From: a virus
Lineage: Duplodnaviria; Caudoviricetes
Virus record (IMG/VR): IMGVR_UViG_3300024272_000051
Span: 40,405 to 104,404 of that record
Length of the DNA: 64,000 nucleotides
Strand: one strand, 5' to 3'
Below, piece by piece: positions 56,825 to 64,000 of this stretch. A program made the translations under genes and the position numbers. The notes below the pieces were generated by a model. That model did not search any database and was not told the origin of the DNA. It saw nothing but the letters and a program-made list of their open reading frames with translations. The first letter of the stretch is position 1; every line of letters starts with the position of its first letter.

Positions 56825-59546
56825 TCTGCTTTATAGAAAACGAGAAGCGTTCTCCACCGAAAGCAACATCTCCATGCTCACAAATAACGGGGTAGGAAAT
56901 ATAATAGCCATTCTTTCGAAGGAGATTCTCGATGATTTCCTCGCTTGCAAGATCCCAAGCAAATTGCTTAGAACCTTCTTTTTTATAACAAATATCAAGC
57001 AAAATGTCGCACAACTGATATCTGTTGGAACAAACTGCCTGACACTCACTCTTAAATTCCTGAATCATCATAGATCGCTGACTGCTCAACATATCTTCGT
57101 CCAGTCGCTCTTTTTTAGAATACTGCATATAATCTTGAACACGTCGATCATAAGCGTTATAAAGTCTTAGAATTGCATTGTACTGAGTATCTGTGTACTC
57201 TTGACCACTTTGCATAATTGTATAATCAAATTCGCTGTCACTGCGATGTTTAACGATGTATCCATCAAACTCTGCTTCAAACCGCTTGCAGATGCGGTTC
57301 ATAACACAATCATTCACGCCGACTGGCATCTTCATATGATAGTAACGAATAAACTCTCGCTCTTCTTTGCTGAGCTGGTCGTCGGGCTTATTGAGTAGTT
57401 CTTCCATTGTCATTCTGAACTCTCTGATTGCCTTTTTGTTTGTGTTCGATATGTATGTATTGTACTGCTTCATCATGGTGGGATATATATAGCGCATAAA
57501 ATAAGGCTTCTTATCCGCAATCACACTCAAATTAAACTGTCGTAAAGCATCATCTTCTATGTCGCAGCTTCTATTGGCATTCCTATCATACCATTCTTTT
57601 GGCATTGGCTTAGCAATAATACCCTTAGCCTTGTCAATGGCGTTCTGCTGGAAAAGCTGACCACATTTGATGCGGTAGTCCAAAGTTTGGTACTCGACAC
57701 TCCCTTTTTCAAATTGCGCAATCACATCAAACATAGAGGTAATTCGATTGGTTGTTTTACCTATGTCGTCACCAAAACTGTCAATATTGGATTGGATCAT
57801 ATCGTCCTCTGTGGCAACGCACTTTCTTGCTCTGCGTTGCACACACATAATAGCCGGCAACTCTACAAGATTGTTTACCAACACTCGATTGTCAGTCAGC
57901 ATAACCATGTCGCCATCGAAATCGCATCCATTCAGGGCGTGCGAAGAAGTGTCCCACGCATTCAATATAGTGCAAGTCTTCATATGCTGGTACCAATACT
58001 GCGCATCGTCGGTATTTGCAACCCTCATCAAACGAATATTGTTGTGACAAGTCATGGGCGCTCTAAAACAAGCAAGCTGATCAGCGCCATCGTCGAGCCA
58101 GTATTTGTTGTAGATCTGTCCGGCTTTCAACAACCCGGTCACTTCCATTCCAAACATACTCTGGCACAGAGCATAAGGGTCGCCAGAAATAATTGAGTAG
58201 TTGCCATGAACTTTGATGACGCCGATTTTTGCGTCTGTGATACGCTTCTTGATTAGGCCGTATATCTTTCTTCGAACAAACGGATCTTCCATCATTCTGC
58301 GATCTACCATAATTGCTTTTGCAAAATCTGGATCAACATACTCTATGTTTTCATCTGATAATCCAACACCCTTCAAGAAAAGCACAGCCTTGCGCCAATC
58401 AAGTTTAAGAATATCGTGGATTTCGTTGATGGTTGGCGAGATCAGCTCTTCGATCTGTTCGTCTGACAGTTCGTAACTCTGAATAAATTGGTAGTTTAAG
58501 TTACGCTCGTTTTCCAACTTCTTTGGACAAGTCTTAGCAACACCAAATGAGTAATCATTCTCTGCACAATTGCGAAGGTAGTCCTCGCAACTGTCGTAAC
58601 TATCCCAAAGTTTAAGCATGGAGGTGGTAAGGATCAGCTCGACGTTGGTCAGATCCACTTCATTGCCCCAGGCATCTTTGATAATGCGGGTGCCGGCCAC
58701 CTTGTCTGCAAAGTCAAGGAAGTCGAATGTGAACACCATACCCTTTTCCCAAGAGAAACGAGTGTTAACGCCACTGACAACATAATCAAGATGAAGATCC
58801 TCAGACCATCTACTTGCCAGAGAGGGGAGCATTAGACCGAACCCATCTGATGCGTTTAGTTCAATGTCAACGTCACTCATAGGTGTCATTACAGGTTCGC
58901 CTGGTGCTTCATCATTGATGTTAATGACATCTGACTTGAAGTGGGTAATACAGTCATTCACCACAGCAATGCCGACCGGCATCGATACAGGGATGGAACC
59001 GCTGCACACCAGAGCCTGATATGCTTCAAGCTTAGCAGGAACCAGTTCCTTTTCTTTGTCGCGACCGTTGTCAATTCTGCGGCGCAACTCTGGCGCTAAG
59101 CGTTCGCTGACAAAAACAATTGTTGAGTTCTTTATACCGCCGTTTGTACCAAGCAGTCTAACATACTTGATACCATTGATTTTAAACCCTTTGCGTGCCC
59201 TCCAATAATCTTTCTCACGGTCAATTACAAGGCACATATAGTCTGGTTTGTACTGAATTTCGTCTAATTTTTCGTATAATTTCTTGATTTTTCTGCGGTT
59301 TTGCAAAGAATTTGGCTGTTTTCTGACCATTTTTATCTCATTTTTTATGTTTTTTGCAACCGCATCGCTATTTTCAATGCCATTCAGCATATCTATGAAG
59401 CGCAGCATCTGGCTATCGCTTAAGGAAATCACCTCGTCATTTCTCCGAGCTTCAGAAATAGGGAGAGTGAGATTCCATCTCGCCTTGCGTAAGCGTGCGC
59501 TATGTATCTTATAAATAAACTTTTGGCAAGACTGTTGTTTAGAAAT
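56790..59546 (-). CDS. YonO-like single-subunit double-psi-barrel DNA-dependent RNA polymerase
   Basis: About 920 aa; SDGFG, FRAP, NGCDFDGD catalytic motif, AIDKAKG, KPYFMRY; SPbeta-like position; start codon uncertain (59546 ATT or 59585). Confidence 0.9.
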   Translation of the reverse strand: MSKQQSCQKFIYKIHSARLRKARWNLTLPISEARRNDEVISLSDSQMLRFIDMLNGIENSDAVAKNIKNEIKMVRKQPNSLQNRRKIKKLYEKLDEIQYKPDYMCLVIDREKDYWRARKGFKINGIKYVRLLGTNGGIKNSTIVFVSERLAPELRRRIDNGRDKEKELVPAKLEAYQALVCSGSIPVSMPVGIAVVNDCITHFKSDVININDEAPGEPVMTPMSDVDIELNASDGFGLMLPSLASRWSEDLHLDYVVSGVNTRFSWEKGMVFTFDFLDFADKVAGTRIIKDAWGNEVDLTNVELILTTSMLKLWDSYDSCEDYLRNCAENDYSFGVAKTCPKKLENERNLNYQFIQSYELSDEQIEELISPTINEIHDILKLDWRKAVLFLKGVGLSDENIEYVDPDFAKAIMVDRRMMEDPFVRRKIYGLIKKRITDAKIGVIKVHGNYSIISGDPYALCQSMFGMEVTGLLKAGQIYNKYWLDDGADQLACFRAPMTCHNNIRLMRVANTDDAQYWYQHMKTCTILNAWDTSSHALNGCDFDGDMVMLTDNRVLVNNLVELPAIMCVQRRARKCVATEDDMIQSNIDSFGDDIGKTTNRITSMFDVIAQFEKGSVEYQTLDYRIKCGQLFQQNAIDKAKGIIAKPMPKEWYDRNANRSCDIEDDALRQFNLSVIADKKPYFMRYIYPTMMKQYNTYISNTNKKAIREFRMTMEELLNKPDDQLSKEEREFIRYYHMKMPVGVNDCVMNRICKRFEAEFDGYIVKHRSDSEFDYTIMQSGQEYTDTQYNAILRLYNAYDRRVQDYMQYSKKERLDEDMLSSQRSMMIQEFKSECQAVCSNRYQLCDILLDICYKKEGSKQFAWDLASEEIIENLLRKNGYYISYPVICEHGDVAFGGERFSFSIKQIGGKANEHCAE

Positions 59547-59594
59547 ATTGCCCACCTGCCTCATAAAATAGTGTTGATATGTCAAAAAAATAAA

Positions 59595-59756
59595 TCAGTT
59601 ATTTGCTTCTGGGACATAAATGTTCCACTCTCCACGGAACTCATAGCGTCCCTCTTCAATCATTTGTTCCACATCGACATCGATCGGTGTGTAATCAGTA
59701 CATTCACCCATGGTGCGACACTTGTCTCCCCACAAGCACTTATCACATGCAGCCAC
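59595..59756 (-). CDS. 53-aa Cys-rich protein not in the ORF track
   Basis: GGAGGTGA RBS then GTG; MAACDKCLWGDKCRTMGECTDYTP...EANN. Confidence 0.7.
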   Translation of the reverse strand: MAACDKCLWGDKCRTMGECTDYTPIDVDVEQMIEEGRYEFRGEWNIYVPEANN

Positions 59757-60972
59757 TTTTGCTCACCTCCTTGATCCAGTTGGTTAGCAAATCGCGCATG
59801 CGCTTGCTTGGCACATAAAGCCAGATTTCTTTGCCATCACGGATAGCACTTCTCCATATCCATTGGACCATAATTGAGAGGGCGTAATCGTCTTCAAAAA
59901 CATCTACGCCATTATCTTGATAAAACAGTTTTTGTCCTACGTTCATAAAAATGTTTACACAGTAGGCTGCAGCGGTTCTATCCTTAAAGTTGTTGGTCGC
60001 TTTTTTATTAAATGGAATAAAGCCGTTAGAGTATCCTTTACCACGTAGCTTATATTCTGCATCGGCATATGTGCTCCACATGCGTTCAGCTGAGCCTACC
60101 GCACAAATGTTATGGAAAAAGTTGTACACATTGTTTTTTAACTTCCCAATGTCTGACTGTTCTTTACCAAACCAGCTCAGCGACAATGCGAAGTTGTCGT
60201 CTCCAATTTGGTTCAGTTTTTTATTGTCGATAATATGTATCATATCATGTAATGTGCGCACATAGTCTGGCACATATCTAGACGTATCACTGAAGCGAAA
60301 CACGCCGTCGGTTTTGTCGATGCCGATGAACTCATATGGAATATCGTACATCTCCAAAAAGTGGTGCAGGCTTTGTCCATTAAACAAATACGTCAAAATA
60401 AACACTTCCTCAAAGGAAGTAATCAGCTCCGGCGGAAGCTGCCAGTAGAAGAATGACTCTTTCTTTTCCCCAACGACCTTAATCAGGTCTCTCGTCCGTA
60501 AAACTCGGAACAGATCGCGGTGAAGTTTGCCGGTGTACACATCCTTAACAAGGTGATACACGCCGCTACGAGTTTCTTCGATATAGCCTGCGTCAATCGC
60601 CATCTGGATATCTGCAGGATCTTCATCAAGTGTTTCCAGAACATCCACGTTCTCATCGATGATCAATGTGTACCGCTTCTCTTTAACAAGATCGAGCAGT
60701 TCTTGTGGATAGAAGCGAAATGCCTGGTGTGTTGTGGCGATATTCTCTCCTCGACTTACCAGATCAATAGTGTGTAATGTTTTAGAGCCGGAGAACTGCG
60801 TAATCTTCTGTGGTTCAAAAAACTGTGTCTTCTCACACGATGTTGCAATACGGTTCGCTTCTTCCAGATATGGAGTGATGTAAATGAAGCGCTTCTCTGG
60901 GTGTTCGTTCATGTAGGTGATAGCAGCGGAACTCTTACCGGTGCCCATAATAGCGTCACATACTTTTACCAA
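59743..60972 (-). CDS. YonV-like SF2 helicase/ATPase-like protein
   Basis: DAIMGTGKS, YITPYLEE, LIIDE, LTYLF, QWIWRSAIRDG, PSKRMR. Confidence 0.75.
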   Translation of the reverse strand: MVKVCDAIMGTGKSSAAITYMNEHPEKRFIYITPYLEEANRIATSCEKTQFFEPQKITQFSGSKTLHTIDLVSRGENIATTHQAFRFYPQELLDLVKEKRYTLIIDENVDVLETLDEDPADIQMAIDAGYIEETRSGVYHLVKDVYTGKLHRDLFRVLRTRDLIKVVGEKKESFFYWQLPPELITSFEEVFILTYLFNGQSLHHFLEMYDIPYEFIGIDKTDGVFRFSDTSRYVPDYVRTLHDMIHIIDNKKLNQIGDDNFALSLSWFGKEQSDIGKLKNNVYNFFHNICAVGSAERMWSTYADAEYKLRGKGYSNGFIPFNKKATNNFKDRTAAAYCVNIFMNVGQKLFYQDNGVDVFEDDYALSIMVQWIWRSAIRDGKEIWLYVPSKRMRDLLTNWIKEVSKSGCM

Positions 60973-61352
60973 TAGATCACATCTCCCGTCTTCTTGTTGT
61001 AAAAGTGTCCGCTGTCTCCGTCCTCAACCCACTCGTACCCGATGCGACCAACTGACCACGCTGCAGAGCCACATGGATCACAAGCTGTTACCTTATTGGG
61101 TGAGATATAATCGAAAACGCCGTCAGTGTCGGATTCATCCATTCTGCTAACCACCTTGTAACACACGGGAACACCATAAATGTTACGAATGATGCCGACC
61201 ACAATTCCGAACTGGTAGCACCCCTCATCTCCTGCAGCAATTTCATCGCCAATGGAGATCGGATGCGACTGTCCGTAACCGAAGTCGTCAAAGTCTCTTC
61301 TTGCGACGGCAATACTATCTTCATCTGCCTGCAAGATCCAGTTGTTTTTCAT
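60966..61352 (-). CDS. Hypothetical protein
   Basis: GAGGT RBS; overlaps the next gene. Confidence 0.6.
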   Translation of the reverse strand: MKNNWILQADEDSIAVARRDFDDFGYGQSHPISIGDEIAAGDEGCYQFGIVVGIIRNIYGVPVCYKVVSRMDESDTDGVFDYISPNKVTACDPCGSAAWSVGRIGYEWVEDGDSGHFYNKKTGDVIYW

Positions 61353-61568
61353 AGTTTTTGCTACCTCTTTTCTGATTTTACTACCACCAGGGTGGTAAAA
61401 TGAATTTTTCGGCCTTTGATCTCGGCCTTAACTGGGGGTATCCCTTAAAGAGAATCTCTGTCAGACAATAGAGAAAACAAAGAGCTCTTGAGGGACGTTG
61501 TATCTAATAGACTGTGGTTATCATATGAGGCAACAAGTGCCTGTTTGTCAAGGTACACTTTGTATCTG

Positions 61569-62390
61569 TTAGCAGACTGTCTGCTTCTCTCCAATGACGC
61601 TGTCTACCAGATACGGAGTTCTACGAGATCCAAGATTGAGCTCCATGTATGCAGCTTCAATCTCTTCACCGGTAATGCCGATGTAGTCCAGTGTCTGAGC
61701 CGCTGTACTGTGTCCAAACATCTTTTGGAGAAGTAGTAGCTTTCTCGGATCATTGTTGCTAATCAGCATCTGATGATAAGCAAATGATTTACGCAAGGTG
61801 TGTGTCGCTATGTGAGCTTCGATACCTAAGGCTTCACCAACTTCCTTGAGGATACGTTCAACGGAGTTTCGATGCATTGGCTTGTTAGCATTGCCACACC
61901 GGTTGCTTTCTCCTCTGAACATATAGTCACTCAGCTTCACACCGGGAGTGTTCTCCAGATACAGCGTGATAGCATCACAGACTGCATCGTTGATTGTGAT
62001 GTATCGGTTCTTCTGTACCTTCCTTGTGTTCTTGGTTTTCTTTTCCAGAATAGGGAACGTAGTCTTGAACCTGAACTGATCATCGATCAGATGGGAGAAC
62101 CGGAGTGTCAGCAGGTCACTGACTCTAAGACCAAAGTTGATGCCAACGATGAAGAGCATATTGTCTCTATATCTCTTTCTGGTAAGGAACCAGTCTGAGA
62201 TTGCATAGATGGTATCGATGTCTTTGATTGGTTCACTGGTGTGTTCGTTGGCAATCTGGTACGATGTGTCTTCGACAGCCGGAGCGATCATACCCTCTCG
62301 GAGAAGTCTCCTTGACTGGCTGACTGCTACCGTATCGATTACCTGCTCTTGGTGCATGGCGGTGAAGTCTATCTGTATTACCTTACCCAT
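61569..62390 (-). CDS. Tyrosine recombinase, catalytic domain only
   Basis: NFGLRVSD, EKKT, HTLRK, FGH, LDY; AGGAGG RBS. Confidence 0.88.
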   Translation of the reverse strand: MGKVIQIDFTAMHQEQVIDTVAVSQSRRLLREGMIAPAVEDTSYQIANEHTSEPIKDIDTIYAISDWFLTRKRYRDNMLFIVGINFGLRVSDLLTLRFSHLIDDQFRFKTTFPILEKKTKNTRKVQKNRYITINDAVCDAITLYLENTPGVKLSDYMFRGESNRCGNANKPMHRNSVERILKEVGEALGIEAHIATHTLRKSFAYHQMLISNNDPRKLLLLQKMFGHSTAAQTLDYIGITGEEIEAAYMELNLGSRRTPYLVDSVIGEKQTVC

Positions 62391-62446
62391 GCTTCTTTGT
62401 TACCTCCTTAACTCTTCGCTGTAAATGTTATTGTTGACCTAATACT

Positions 62447-62474
62447 ATTATACACATTCCTGGAGAAATGTCAA
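62447..62474 (-). promoter_or_regulatory. Consensus sigmaA promoter for the recombinase/YonV/RNAP block
   Basis: TTGACA-16 bp-TATAAT on the minus strand. Confidence 0.8.
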
Positions 62475-62779
62475 GCATTTTCTTCATAAAAAATTGTTGA
62501 TTTTAAAAACTGAGTCTTAAGGAGTAAATTTGGGGCTTAGCAACGATGGGGCTTTTTCTTATCCTCAAGAGACAACAGTGTTAACAGCTTGATCTCCACA
62601 CTCTTTCCGATAAGAAAAAGCTTGAAAACACAAGGCTTTGAGGGTGGTTTCGGATCTGGGAAATTGAGTGTGTATGTGATGTGGCAACTGGTAGAAAATG
62701 TAGGGGAGGAAATGAGGGTAAATATGGAAACTATGCCCCTATGTTGCATAGTGCTGAATTGCAACATACACACAATACA

Positions 62780-62805
62780 CAATGACACACCGCCGACCCA
62801 CTACA
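62780..62805 (+). repeat. 26-bp motif, copy 1 (CAATGACACACCGCCGACCCACTACA)
   Basis: Identical to the starts of 63908 and 63959. Confidence 0.9.
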
Positions 62806-62836
62806 CAATGAATAGATACCGCTGTAAATATTTTTG

Positions 62837-62865
62837 TTGACATTGTTTCAAATCGGTGGTATCTT
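62837..62865 (+). promoter_or_regulatory. sigmaA promoter for the sigma-like gene
   Basis: TTGACA-17 bp-TATCTT with TG extended -10. Confidence 0.7.
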
Positions 62866-62947
62866 ATTTATGCTGATATGTGGCTTGTGACTGCAATCAC
62901 AAAGTCAAATCTAATATACTAACATATCAGAAAGAAAGGAACACACC

Positions 62948-63850
62948 ATGGAAAAACTGAATAACTATCAAATCTGTTTTGTGACCACCAACGGCAAAAC
63001 AACCAAATGCACTGGCACGGAAACAATCACGGCGGAAAGTTTAGCGGACGCATATTTGACCGCTAACGAAAGCCATGGCGAAACATCGGACTTTTTCGTT
63101 TATCCTCTGGCAACATTCACAGACGGCGAAAGCCAGTATAGACTGGCAGACTATTGCCGTAAACAGTTCTGGAAATGGGAAGTCAGAAACAACAATGCAG
63201 TCATGTCCGCTTTGAACCGCTCCACATGGGACAAAGAGGACGAAAGACAAGACGCCGTTACGGAAGTGTGGGAATGTTTGGTAAAAAATCCGAGTGCGAC
63301 AATGTTTGAAGCATACCACAAAGCTATGAACAAACTTTCTGCAAATCGTGACAAGCTGTTTAGAAAGAATGAATATGAATATAACCCAAACGCATTATTT
63401 ACAAACCCATTTGTAGAATATGTCGCAATGGCTACATACCCCAAATTAAACGCACTAATCAAAACGGCGAAGGACAAAGCCGACTTGACCGAAAAGCAAC
63501 TTGAAATACTGGAACTATACGAAAAAGGGATTGCACCTTCCGACATTCAGACACAACTGGACATTGCAAAACGCACCTATTATCAGCATTACTATACAGC
63601 AGTTTACAAGATCCTTCGTACCGCCGTTGAACTTGACGGAAACGGCACACCGACCTTCGCAGAAAGCGGACTTGATAGCGCAGATATAGCGGAGGCAGTT
63701 CTGGCATACGCAAAGAGGGCGCGCGCAAAACTGGACGACGAAACAACCAAAGAGTACAACACGGAAGTGTGGGCAAAGGCGATTGCAAAGGCGATTGCAA
63801 AGGCAGTTACAAAAGCAAAGGCAAAAGCCGACACGGAAACAGAAAATTAA
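62948..63850 (+). CDS. Sigma-70/ECF-like factor with N- and C-terminal extensions
   Basis: Region-2-like DKEDERQDAVTEVWECL; region-4 HTH LTEKQLEILELYEKG.....I...LDIAKRTYYQH; AAAGGA RBS. Confidence 0.6.
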   Translation: MEKLNNYQICFVTTNGKTTKCTGTETITAESLADAYLTANESHGETSDFFVYPLATFTDGESQYRLADYCRKQFWKWEVRNNNAVMSALNRSTWDKEDERQDAVTEVWECLVKNPSATMFEAYHKAMNKLSANRDKLFRKNEYEYNPNALFTNPFVEYVAMATYPKLNALIKTAKDKADLTEKQLEILELYEKGIAPSDIQTQLDIAKRTYYQHYYTAVYKILRTAVELDGNGTPTFAESGLDSADIAEAVLAYAKRARAKLDDETTKEYNTEVWAKAIAKAIAKAVTKAKAKADTETEN

Positions 63851-63861
63851 ACACAACGCAA

Positions 63862-63893
63862 GGGAGGACGGCAAAAGCCGTCCTTCTTTTTTT
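63862..63893 (+). terminator. Rho-independent terminator
   Basis: GGAGGACGGC-aaaa-GCCGTCCTTC plus T-run. Confidence 0.85.
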
Positions 63894-63907
63894 GTCCTTG
63901 CCGTCTC

Positions 63908-64000
63908 CAATGACACACCGCCGACCCACTACATAGTGACGGCAAGTCAAAGCCACGGCAATGACACACCGCCGACCCACTACATAGTGACGGCAAGTCA
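63908..64000 (+). repeat. 51-bp-period tandem repeat (42-bp identical unit seen twice), cut off by the window end
   Basis: CAATGACACACCGCCGACCCACTACATAGTGACGGCAAGTCA at 63908 and 63959. Confidence 0.9.

Larger units (their letters stand above)
1..64000. mobile_element. Segment of a large SPbeta-like temperate siphophage genome (probably excised/circular form)
   Basis: Gene order RNAP (DFDGD), phosphoesterase, HU, terminase, portal, scaffold, decoration, capsid, tail, TMP, lysis resembles the SPbeta yon/yom block; integrase with intact attP; no host housekeeping genes seen. Confidence 0.93.

Noticed and set aside
63908-64000. CRISPR array
   Set aside because: The sequence after the 26-bp core is identical in both visible copies, so there are no unique spacers, and no cas genes are present. 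It cannot be fully excluded beyond the window edge.
1-64000. Stop-codon reassignment
   Set aside because: Genes tile densely in the standard code with intact long ORFs, and no suppressor tRNA was seen.

Overview
The whole window is part of a large temperate tailed phage of the SPbeta-like type, most likely infecting a Clostridia/Firmicutes host (GGAGG ribosome binding sites, sigmaA promoters, tRNA-Trp att site). It has four blocks. (1) 1-11.8 kb, + strand: replication and nucleotide genes (DnaE-type polymerase cut off at the window start, ThyX-like protein, dNMP kinase, MT-A70 methyltransferase, ClpP, PhoH, HAD nucleotidase, class II RNR, dUTPase), then Xis and integrase. (2) 11.8-12.2 kb: an apparently intact attP, with the 3' half of tRNA-Trp as core, arm-type repeats on both sides and 10-bp phased repeats; this suggests the excised or virion form. 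(3) 12.4-62.4 kb, - strand, in transcription order: tyrosine recombinase, YonV-like ATPase, YonO-like single-subunit RNA polymerase, phosphoesterase, an unusual initiator-like tRNA(CAT), second recombinase, HU, terminase, portal, head genes, tail genes, tape measure, baseplate, an 11-kb adsorption module and the lysis genes. (4) After 62.5 kb: a divergent region of different composition, with a sigma-factor-like gene flanked by a 26-bp motif that becomes a 51-bp tandem repeat at the window edge. The best candidate for an undescribed system is the adsorption module. Three collagen-like stalk genes share a helical motif at or near the C-terminus, and each is followed by cargo genes sharing a ~35-aa N-terminal motif. 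The cargos are a metallophosphoesterase, a GLUG/CBM/BspA-LRR adhesin and Ig-like repeat proteins, which suggests a plug-and-socket virion display system. All calls come from reading motifs and gene order by eye; no database searches were run.
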